A DNA stretch of 62,278 nucleotides. Source: a virus (taxonomy: Duplodnaviria; Caudoviricetes). The DNA is taken from positions 1 to 62,278 of the IMG/VR virus record IMGVR_UViG_3300009184_000003; one strand, 5' to 3'. A program made the translations under genes and the position numbers. Shown piece after piece: positions 54,390 to 62,278 of this stretch (position 1 is its first letter; each line of letters begins with the position of its first letter). The notes beneath the pieces are model-generated. The model searched no databases. It saw only the letters and a program-made list of their open reading frames with translations, and was not told the origin of the DNA.

Positions 54390-54511
54390 TCCTCGTGTTG
54401 CCTGTGATGGCCATTATGTACGGCGACATGGTTTCAGCAACAGAAGCCGCAATCGTTGAGACACGCAAGATGAAAGAACTACGACTAAAACTTCTAACTG
54501 AAGGACAATAA
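54308..54511 (+). CDS. Small membrane protein
   Basis: TM segment LLVALVVVCLMLVLVLPVMAI; start uncertain. Confidence 0.5.
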   Translation: MGNDTDKNERDVPWSLLVALVVVCLMLVLVLPVMAIMYGDMVSATEAAIVETRKMKELRLKLLTEGQ

Positions 54512-54996
54512 TGCTTACCCTACTATCTACCTTTATCTCTTTCCTGTCCGGTGGCCTTCCTAAGCTACTGGATTTCTTCCAAGACAAGCAGGACAAGAAG
54601 CACGAACTGGCACTAGCCCAGTTGCAGATACAGATGCAGATGGAGCTGCAAAAGGCAGGTTTTCAAGCACAAGAGCACATTGAAGAGATCCATACAGAGC
54701 AGCTACAGATCCAGACCCAAGCAGCCGAACGGCAGGCACTTTACGCCCACGACGTAGCCATCGGTCAGGGCGCCAGTCAGTGGGTAATTGATGCACGTGC
54801 GATGGTCAGACCAACGATTACTTATGGGTTATTCTTTTTATTAGTGGGTGTAGATATCGCTGGTATCTGGTACGCGTGGACGATGAACGTGCCTTTTAAA
54901 GAAATGATCGACCAAATTTGGGATTCTGATACCCAGCTAATTTGGGCATCAGTGATCGCATTCTGGTTTGGAACACAGGCTTTTAGTAAGAAATGA
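54511..54996 (+). CDS. Holin-like membrane protein
   Basis: DKKHEL, WV...RA.VRP.ITY, IAFWFG; precedes lysozyme. Confidence 0.7.
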   Translation: MLTLLSTFISFLSGGLPKLLDFFQDKQDKKHELALAQLQIQMQMELQKAGFQAQEHIEEIHTEQLQIQTQAAERQALYAHDVAIGQGASQWVIDARAMVRPTITYGLFFLLVGVDIAGIWYAWTMNVPFKEMIDQIWDSDTQLIWASVIAFWFGTQAFSKK

Positions 54997-55490
54997 ACAT
55001 CTCACCAAGGGGCCGCAAGGCCCTAGCTCATCATGAGGGTGTACGTAAGAAGCCGTACCTTGATAGCGTACTTCTCTGGACGACTGGTGTTGGCCACTTG
55101 ATAGCACCGATTGAGCACCAGAAGATGACCTTGGATGAGCGTAAGGCTGCGAAGGCCGCAGGCAAACTGCCCTGCCCTCCTGAATGGAATAGGACGCTAA
55201 CTGATGACGAAGTGGATAAGATACTGCAGGACGATCTACGTCGGTTTGAGCGCGGCGTTTTACGTTATTGTCCTGGTGGCCTTACTCAAGGGCGCTTTGA
55301 CGCGCTCTGCTCTTTTGCGTTCAACGTCGGACTGGGAGGACTTCAAAAATCTTCTATTAGACAGTGCCACAATAGGGGCGACTATGAGGGCGCAGCCAAT
55401 GCCTTTTTGAAGTATAGGATGGCTGGCGGTAAAGTTTTTAGGGGCCTAGAAATCAGGCGTAATGATGAACGAGCAATGTACCTAGGATAA
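54993..55490 (+). CDS. GH24 lysozyme (endolysin)
   Basis: HEG....PYLD....WTTGVGH, FDALCSFAFNVG, GL..RR..E. Confidence 0.92.
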   Translation: MNISPRGRKALAHHEGVRKKPYLDSVLLWTTGVGHLIAPIEHQKMTLDERKAAKAAGKLPCPPEWNRTLTDDEVDKILQDDLRRFERGVLRYCPGGLTQGRFDALCSFAFNVGLGGLQKSSIRQCHNRGDYEGAANAFLKYRMAGGKVFRGLEIRRNDERAMYLG

Positions 55491-55493
55491 AAA

Positions 55494-56111
55494 ATGGCAG
55501 CTGAGGCAATGACCTATGACAGCCTTGTAGAGGACGTCATAAAGTATAGCGAAAGGGATGACGAAAACTTCGTCAATCAAATACCCCGCCTGATCATGAT
55601 GGCGGAGCAGGCCATTGCGGCTGAGATTAAAACACTCATGCAGTTGAACGTGGTTAACACTACGGTGCTGGCCAACAACGCGGTGCTACAAAAACCAGCA
55701 CGCTGGCGCAAGACGACCAGCATGAAAATTAATGGTCAGCCGGTGATGTTAAAGTCAATGGACTACGTTTCAATGTACCAATCTGAATCCGTCCCCGGCG
55801 TGCCACTTTACTACGGCGACTATGACTACGACCACTGGGCACTGGCACCAGTTCCGGCTACAACGTATCCGCTACAAATTATTTACTACAGCAGAATTCA
55901 GCCGCTAGACATAACCAATCAGGAAAATCTCTTGACGCGCGAGGCACCACAGGCGCTTTTGTTTGGTACGCTGCTACAAGCTCAGGGCTACTTGAAGAAT
56001 CAAGAGAAGCTCATGGTTTGGAAAAGTTTTTACACTGACGCTATTGCAGCGTTAAAAACTGAAGATCAAAAACGCATGATTGATAGAAATACTGTGAGGC
56101 CAGAACCATGA
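55494..56111 (+). CDS. Putative tail adaptor (podovirus tubular protein A-like)
   Basis: MTYDSL, I..AEQ.I, G.P.YY, AP.P, ALLFGTL.QA. Confidence 0.65.
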   Translation: MAAEAMTYDSLVEDVIKYSERDDENFVNQIPRLIMMAEQAIAAEIKTLMQLNVVNTTVLANNAVLQKPARWRKTTSMKINGQPVMLKSMDYVSMYQSESVPGVPLYYGDYDYDHWALAPVPATTYPLQIIYYSRIQPLDITNQENLLTREAPQALLFGTLLQAQGYLKNQEKLMVWKSFYTDAIAALKTEDQKRMIDRNTVRPEP

Positions 56112-57388
56112 CAATTTTCGTATCCCCCTTTACAGGGGACGTAATCCAACCGACAGATGTAAGCTACGCATCGGTTTCATTTAGTGCCAACGTGCAACTG
56201 TACTGGCCGCAGTACATCGCTACTAGTGGTCAGCAGGTGGCCGCGCGTATCATGGAGTTCACGGCGACAGCGGCGGGGCTCTCTGTCTTTCTGCCTAACG
56301 CACAACAGACCTCGGTGGGACAAGATATTTTGATCCGCAACACTGGAGCCAATTCGTTTGTCGTCAATCGTTTTGGTGGTGGCGGATCATTTACTGTAGC
56401 CGCAGGCCAATCGTTTTACACCTACCTGATAGACAACACGACAACCGCAGGCATATGGGCCGTGTTGCAGTTTGGCACTGGCACCTCTTCAGCTGATGCC
56501 AACACACTAGCGGGTGTGAGTACAGCAGCCATTGCAGGCAAACTTGAGGCGGCGTTTGTCACTTCCGAGTACAGCTCATCAGCACCCACAATTACTGATA
56601 GTCAACGCGGCAACTGCTTGGTGTGGACTGGCGGTTTATCTACCTGGACACTTCCACCAGTAACACAGCTTTCTACTGGGTGGTTCATTCTTGTTCGTAA
56701 TAACGGAACGGGTGCGTTAACTATCGCAACCTCTGCAGTCGGTTCAACAATTGACGGACTAGTAAATATTGTGTTGCCCTTGGGTGACTCGTGTTTTATT
56801 TGCGTCAATCGTGATTTAGCAAAACAAGACTTTTTTACAGTGGGTCGTGCAAGACCAAACAGCTTGACGTTTACCTCCGCAACGTATGACGTGGATACCA
56901 TTGTTGGTGCTACGTATAGTTTGGTAAGTAACACGCCAATCATTCAGCGATACACCGCGTTGAGTGGGAGTCGCACTACTTCGCTACTAATTCAATTGCC
57001 TGCGGTTACGCAAGTTTACTACCTTATAAATAACACCAATCAAAGCGGGTACAACATTAATTTTCAAGTTCAAGGCAGTAGTCAGGCTCCAATTGCACTG
57101 ACTAACGCAAGTCAAGTTATTATGTTGAGTGATGGTAACTATCTTTACCCGTTAAACCAGTCTTCTACAGGACAGCAAACTGTTGCAGATGGAACTGTGG
57201 CGGCACCAGCCTACTCATTTTTATCCGACAGCACAACGGGTATGTACTTAGCCAACCCCACACAGCTAGGGTTTTCTACCGGTGGCGTAAACATTTTGAC
57301 GTTGGATGCGTCAGGGGGTGCAGGTAATTTTGTATCTCGTTTTGTGGGTCGAGTGCAGGCCACATTAATTGCAGGCGGGACATTCTAA
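56108..57388 (+). CDS. Tail structural protein
   Basis: Beta-rich; DGT.AAP.YSF..D..TGMY motif; IAGGTF end. Confidence 0.65.
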   Translation: MTIFVSPFTGDVIQPTDVSYASVSFSANVQLYWPQYIATSGQQVAARIMEFTATAAGLSVFLPNAQQTSVGQDILIRNTGANSFVVNRFGGGGSFTVAAGQSFYTYLIDNTTTAGIWAVLQFGTGTSSADANTLAGVSTAAIAGKLEAAFVTSEYSSSAPTITDSQRGNCLVWTGGLSTWTLPPVTQLSTGWFILVRNNGTGALTIATSAVGSTIDGLVNIVLPLGDSCFICVNRDLAKQDFFTVGRARPNSLTFTSATYDVDTIVGATYSLVSNTPIIQRYTALSGSRTTSLLIQLPAVTQVYYLINNTNQSGYNINFQVQGSSQAPIALTNASQVIMLSDGNYLYPLNQSSTGQQTVADGTVAAPAYSFLSDSTTGMYLANPTQLGFSTGGVNILTLDASGGAGNFVSRFVGRVQATLIAGGTF

Positions 57389-59542
57389 ATGGCTGATCAG
57401 GGTCAAGATACTTCAAAAATATTTACCCTCTACGTCAAACCTGGCATTAAACGAGACGGTACACAGTTTGAGGGTGATGAGTATGCCGATGGTCTATGGG
57501 CTAGGTTTCAACGTGGGCGTGCTAAAAAAATAGGCGGCTATCGTCAGATGTTTGCCTCCCCCACAGGCGTACCCCGTGGCATTATCACCAACGCACAGAA
57601 CGGCGTTAACTACATTTTTACTGGAAACAGTAATGGCATTGAGGTGTTTAACACCGGCACCGATCAGGGTGTTGGTGTGGGTCCGTTTACGGTGGAGTTT
57701 AATACGACGTATGTGGTGACTGCGGTAAACACCGGCCCCTCTACCATTGAGGTTGTTGGCAACTACACCGCGCTATTTGTAACTGGTTTTATTTTTTGGG
57801 CGTACAACACCAGCCGCGTAAGGACCAACTACACCGTGTCCGCAACTGCGTCAACGTACAACTCAGGAACCAATCGCACAACGGTGACGTTAACCAACGT
57901 GACAGGTATGCCATCCGTGCCAGCTGGTCAGACCACGATGGAGATATATAACCCAAATGGTATAGCGGCAAACAGTAAATACCTCTGGCAGTTTGACATT
58001 GCGTATGATTCGACAGGTGGTGGTAATTCAAAACTTTTAGCTCACCCTGGGCAGAATCTACAAAACATTGACTCAGGTGTTTTGACTTCCTTGTATGCCG
58101 GCGACTTCTTACCAGATCCTACCGTTAACAGGTACGTGTTGACGCAGGTCTTGGATTCAACGGGTGCAAACCCAACGTATCAGGCAATCAACGCGAGTGG
58201 TGGTGTGGTTGTCTTGCAGCCGTTTGTTTTTGTCTACAGCAACTACGGGCAGATAACAAATAACAACATAGACTTCACAACAATCTCCACAAACAAGCAG
58301 ACGTTTAGTGACTGGAACGGCACACTAGCCAATGATGTCAATACAGCCGCAGGTAAAATTGTAAAAGGGTTTCCAATACGTGGTGGTACGGCGTCACCCT
58401 CTGGTTTATTTTGGGCCACCAACGCATTAGTTCGTGTGTCATTTACTTCGACGTCGCCCTACTACTGGCGCTACGACACCGTAGCGGATCAGATATCGGT
58501 CATGTCATCAAGCGCCATTACAGAGATGGACGGCGTGTTTTTCTGGATGGGCGTTGATAGATTCTATCTGTATAACGGATCAGTTAAGGTTCTGCCGAAT
58601 GACAAGAACGTAAACTACCTGTTTGATAACTTGAACTTCTCGCAGCGTCAAAAGGTGTGGGCGACCAAAATACCACGCTACAATGAAGTCTGGTTCTTCT
58701 ACCCACGTGGTACCGCAACAGAGTGCACCGACGCCATTATCTACAATGTTAAGGATCAGATTTGGTACGACGCCGGACAAGCAGAGGGTGCCCGTAGATC
58801 ATGCGGCTACATGACTGAGCTGTTCCCTCGTCCGATATGGTGTGATTGGCAATTCTCTGGGAGCATAGGACAGACGTATACCTTGCTTTACGGACCCTCA
58901 CGCGCCACAGCGCCAGTCACTAACGCAAAGCAGGTGATTGTGGCTGGAGACATAACAACCAACCCACCAGGGTCGTACATGGTGTTCAGTGTGAATGGGG
59001 AGCCTTCTTTCGCTACGGCAAATCAGATAGCCTCAGCGGTGTTTACAAATAACGCATCGGGCGGATACACCACCGTGACCTTTGTTAACACTGTCCCCAA
59101 TACAATAGTCGCTGGCAGCTTTATGTCACAGGCAACAGGCGGGTACGTGATCTGGGAGCAGGAGTTTGGATCTAATAAGATCACGGCCACGACTGAGTAC
59201 GCCATTGATTCGTATGTGGAGACCTGCGACATCAGCTTTATTGGTGGTACCCCCGCTGAGGATACGACGATCACATCCAATCGAAGAATGCACTTAACGC
59301 GTGTTGAGCCTGACTTTAAGCAGTCAGGCGCGATGACCATGACGGTGGTAGGCAGGCCCTTTGCGCAGTCTTCAGACATCCAATACAACGGCCCATACGA
59401 GTTCTTTGATGATACGGGCAAGATTGACTTGAGGGTGGAACACAGGTTAATTAACCTCATATTCCGCAGCAATGAAGTTAACGGCGACTATGAGGCGGGT
59501 CGTATTATGATCACCGCCGAGTTGGGCGACGAGAGGCCGTAG
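57389..59542 (+). CDS. Tail nozzle / stabilisation protein (P22 gp10 / tubular B-like)
   Basis: PGIKRDGT, RF.RGR.KKIGG, FWMG...FY.YNG.V..LP, EVWFFYP. Confidence 0.75.
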   Translation: MADQGQDTSKIFTLYVKPGIKRDGTQFEGDEYADGLWARFQRGRAKKIGGYRQMFASPTGVPRGIITNAQNGVNYIFTGNSNGIEVFNTGTDQGVGVGPFTVEFNTTYVVTAVNTGPSTIEVVGNYTALFVTGFIFWAYNTSRVRTNYTVSATASTYNSGTNRTTVTLTNVTGMPSVPAGQTTMEIYNPNGIAANSKYLWQFDIAYDSTGGGNSKLLAHPGQNLQNIDSGVLTSLYAGDFLPDPTVNRYVLTQVLDSTGANPTYQAINASGGVVVLQPFVFVYSNYGQITNNNIDFTTISTNKQTFSDWNGTLANDVNTAAGKIVKGFPIRGGTASPSGLFWATNALVRVSFTSTSPYYWRYDTVADQISVMSSSAITEMDGVFFWMGVDRFYLYNGSVKVLPNDKNVNYLFDNLNFSQRQKVWATKIPRYNEVWFFYPRGTATECTDAIIYNVKDQIWYDAGQAEGARRSCGYMTELFPRPIWCDWQFSGSIGQTYTLLYGPSRATAPVTNAKQVIVAGDITTNPPGSYMVFSVNGEPSFATANQIASAVFTNNASGGYTTVTFVNTVPNTIVAGSFMSQATGGYVIWEQEFGSNKITATTEYAIDSYVETCDISFIGGTPAEDTTITSNRRMHLTRVEPDFKQSGAMTMTVVGRPFAQSSDIQYNGPYEFFDDTGKIDLRVEHRLINLIFRSNEVNGDYEAGRIMITAELGDERP

Positions 59543-59781
59543 TGCAGATCGAGTTCTTACCAGACTACAGTACGTGGGAGGACTGGAACGGCAACATACT
59601 CCACTACTATGGTGAGCAAAACTTCCCATTTTTGCCGGAGCCCCAGTGGCGCGATGTGGCGTTTGCGATCACCTTGAACTCGGTGTTTGATACGTATGGC
59701 ATACCGGCACCCGACACCTTCGAAGACTGGCGAGACTGGGCGAGGGCCTTCACGACGTCCGTTAACGGCAAGACATCCTGA
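59542..59781 (+). CDS. Conserved Trp-rich small protein
   Basis: WEDW...W...P.P..FEDWRDWA. Confidence 0.7.
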   Translation: MQIEFLPDYSTWEDWNGNILHYYGEQNFPFLPEPQWRDVAFAITLNSVFDTYGIPAPDTFEDWRDWARAFTTSVNGKTS

Positions 59782-59808
59782 GGGCGCAGAACACCCCTAA
59801 AATGGGTA
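59782..59808 (+). promoter_or_regulatory. Putative late promoter GGGCG-N16-TGGGTA
   Basis: Exact motif. Confidence 0.75.
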
Positions 59809-59847
59809 ATTCCGTATATGAAAAGGCACAATTTTTAAGGCAAATTT

Positions 59848-62278
59848 ATGGGTCTTGGTGACGTAGTTAAAAAAGCGATTGACAAAGAGATAGCTGCGAA
59901 AGCAAAAAATGACGCCGCTGCCGCCGCCGCACCTGTAAGTAATGTCGAGAAGGCAAAGGCAGGGTTGTTTAAAAATGTTGACCCTGATACAGGGATGCCT
60001 ATCCTTGACCGAGCAAAACTCGATGCAATAATTAAAAAACACGGCGACAGCATTAGGGGCAACGGCAACGCCCGTATGTCGTTTGATGATTTTGGCTGGG
60101 GTATGGTATCAGACAACGGGCAAATCCTTCATGGTCCTGCTATTGTTGGGTTGTCCATGGGGAATGTACCAGACCCAAGTAAGTCACAAATGAGCGGCTC
60201 GTCTATGAGAGCTGTTGTGAATTCTAACGGCACCGCGGCCACCCAAAAAGACTATGAGGCTGCTGCCAAAAAAGCGGGAATTGATTTTAACACCTACATT
60301 AAGCCCGAAAAGTTTGTTCCAAAAGTTACAGCCGCTCAATTTGGTCTCCCAGAAAGTATAGAAAAGGCCACCGCTAAAAATTCTGCGCAATACACGGATC
60401 CCATAACAGGGGAATCCTACTTAGCGCGGATTGATGGTAAGGGCAAATTTCAAACTTCGATGGATACGTCAAAGTTGTTTGAAGACATATCCGCTAAAAC
60501 CAATGACTTGTATTTGGTTGCCAACGCAGTAGACGCTAAGGGTGCCAATAAGTCTTCACCCCACGCGGCCATATTGTTTAAGGCAGACGAAGACGGCAAT
60601 CTTAAAACAGTAATTGGCCCTGACAACAAACCGGTAGTTAGTTACTACGATGGCACAACGGTTAGCCATGCTGGGTGGAAAGGACAACTTGCAGAGTTAG
60701 CTCCTGTCATTTCGATGGCACTTCCTTTTGTTTTACCTGGAATTGGTAGCGCATTATCTGGGGCATTAGGCAGCACCGTGGTCTCAGCAGCAGTGGCACC
60801 GACGGCGTTTACTGTAGGTGTCCCTGCAGTGACATTGAGCACAGCAATTGGTGCAACAGCAGTTGGCGCGTTATCCAACGCAATAACTAATGCTGCTGTT
60901 ACCAAGCTATTGAATCCCAATGCAACAGGAATGGACGTAGCTAAGTCAGCTGGATTAGGTGCGGTTAGTACGCTTTCAGCTGGCAACGCAGCAAAAATTG
61001 TTGAGAATGTTGGAATTGATGCGGCCACGGTTAATAAAATAGCTTCGGCTAGTAATTTAAGCGCAAATCAAGTTAACAGTATACTTGCAAACGGAATCAC
61101 AAAAACCGCAGTAGCACTAGTTACAAAAGATTCTAACGCCGTAACAAACGTAACAGCAAGTGTAGCTGGTCAGTTTGTTGGCTCACAAGCTCAAAATTTA
61201 GCTGCCGATGCACTTAAAAACGCAGACCCAAAAGTATTACAAAGTGCAGTCAGTGTTGCAGGTAACGTAGGCAATATAGCCACACAAACGCTTATTAAAA
61301 AAGGCGATGTAAGTGCTGCGTTAATTAATGCTGCTCCAGATATATTGGCAGACGTAAAAGACGAAATTAAGGGTCTTGATAAAACTAAAAAACCCGCTGA
61401 CAATAAAACAACAACACAACAAGTAGCTGATGCTGGTGATATTGAATGGGACACGTTAACTCCTGAACAAAGAGATTATTTAAATTCATCTACTGCTGCG
61501 CTACAAGGTTCTAATATCAGCGGTAGTCAAGTAATTCCTGGTTCTACGTCTGAAGCAGATGAAAATGATCCCGTGCTTTTTGAAGGCGGTCAAAGACGTC
61601 TTGGGCGTGATCAAAGAGCGGGTGCCGTATACACAGTCACCAATGACAAAGGCGAAACATATCAAGCAAGGGATATAGTTGACGGTAACGGCAATACATT
61701 TACTGCGTATTTTGATCCTGCAACTGGAACATACGGTCAGGGTAAAACTACTTTTGCGGAAAAAACATTAGCAGACTCAGGCACTACACCTACAGGTAAC
61801 GCAAGACCAACGCTTAATCAAACAAAAAGCGATGTTTTAGATACAATTCTAAACGGCGGCGATGTAAACGATGCACAAGTTGAATTGCTTCCTTTAGAAG
61901 AAGATACGCCAAAAATAAACACGCCAAGAATAAATACGCCAGAAATAGATACGCCAGAAATAGACATACCAAAAATAGATACTCAAGAAACACTTCAAGA
62001 GGCAGTAGCCAATGCTACGGCTAAAAAAGCTCTTGCCGATCTTAATTATACAAGAAAACCAACACAGCTAAGAAAACGCGCCGCAGATAGCGCCGCTGAA
62101 ACTTTACTGGTCGCTCAAAAAGCACTTGATGATTTCATAAACCCCAGCGTAATAGATAACTCAACTACAGGCACAGGCGTTACGGGTACAGGCGTTACGG
62201 GTACAGGCGTTACGGGTACAGGCGTTACGGGTACAGGCGTTACGGGTACAGGCGTTACGGGTACAGGCGTTACGGGTA
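59848..62278 (+). CDS. N-terminal part of a large virion/ejection protein (continues at 1-890); absent from the ORF track
   Basis: Manual reading: ATG 59848 MGLGDVVKKAIDKEI..., no stop to the window end, Ala/Gly hydrophobic stretch, TPxID repeats, then GVTGT repeats. Confidence 0.85.
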   Translation, partial: MGLGDVVKKAIDKEIAAKAKNDAAAAAAPVSNVEKAKAGLFKNVDPDTGMPILDRAKLDAIIKKHGDSIRGNGNARMSFDDFGWGMVSDNGQILHGPAIVGLSMGNVPDPSKSQMSGSSMRAVVNSNGTAATQKDYEAAAKKAGIDFNTYIKPEKFVPKVTAAQFGLPESIEKATAKNSAQYTDPITGESYLARIDGKGKFQTSMDTSKLFEDISAKTNDLYLVANAVDAKGANKSSPHAAILFKADEDGNLKTVIGPDNKPVVSYYDGTTVSHAGWKGQLAELAPVISMALPFVLPGIGSALSGALGSTVVSAAVAPTAFTVGVPAVTLSTAIGATAVGALSNAITNAAVTKLLNPNATGMDVAKSAGLGAVSTLSAGNAAKIVENVGIDAATVNKIASASNLSANQVNSILANGITKTAVALVTKDSNAVTNVTASVAGQFVGSQAQNLAADALKNADPKVLQSAVSVAGNVGNIATQTLIKKGDVSAALINAAPDILADVKDEIKGLDKTKKPADNKTTTQQVADAGDIEWDTLTPEQRDYLNSSTAALQGSNISGSQVIPGSTSEADENDPVLFEGGQRRLGRDQRAGAVYTVTNDKGETYQARDIVDGNGNTFTAYFDPATGTYGQGKTTFAEKTLADSGTTPTGNARPTLNQTKSDVLDTILNGGDVNDAQVELLPLEEDTPKINTPRINTPEIDTPEIDIPKIDTQETLQEAVANATAKKALADLNYTRKPTQLRKRAADSAAETLLVAQKALDDFINPSVIDNSTTGTGVTGTGVTGTGVTGTGVTGTGVTGTGVTGTGVTG
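62174..62278 (+). repeat. 15-bp tandem repeat CAGGCGTTACGGGTA x7
   Basis: Read directly. Confidence 0.98.

Larger units (their letters stand above)
1..62278. mobile_element. Tailed dsDNA bacteriophage genome (podovirus-like), circularly permuted, probably complete
   Basis: Terminase, portal, capsid, tail, lysis and replication genes in two strand-coherent blocks; both ends carry the same 15-bp repeat in the same reading frame; no host housekeeping context. Confidence 0.95.

Overview
This window is an apparently complete (or nearly complete), circularly permuted ~62 kb tailed dsDNA phage genome with a podovirus-like gene set. I found no integrase or repressor, so it is probably lytic. The host is probably a proteobacterium, judging from sigma54-like and IHF-like sites. 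The contig is broken inside a 15-bp tandem repeat within one large virion gene (59848-62278 joined in frame to 1-890). The minus strand carries an early cluster of small genes (28.4-23.7 kb), then middle/replication genes (sigma-like factor, primase-helicase, VRR-NUC, SNF2 helicase, TerS-like protein, DUF2800 nuclease, SSB, class II RNR, PolA). The plus strand carries the late module (intein-like ORF, TerL, portal, GroES, scaffold, capsid, tail fibres, glycosyltransferase, two lysozymes, tail and internal virion proteins). The most unusual signals are regulatory or non-coding: (1) an apparently split sigma factor (regions 1.2-3 at 23017-23556, a stand-alone region 4 at 13964-14257) together with a GGGCG-N16-TGGGTA late promoter motif; (2) two tandem hammerhead ribozymes bracketing one early gene; (3) early genes punctuated by five identical 22-bp repeats that supply stop codons; (4) two 145-bp inverted, internally palindromic, IHF-site-bearing elements enclosing the whole 5.2 kb early region; (5) an array of seven sigma54 -24/-12 boxes; (6) a free-standing non-splicing intein-like gene; (7) several structured RNA candidates. 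All protein calls come from motif recognition by eye, not from database searches.
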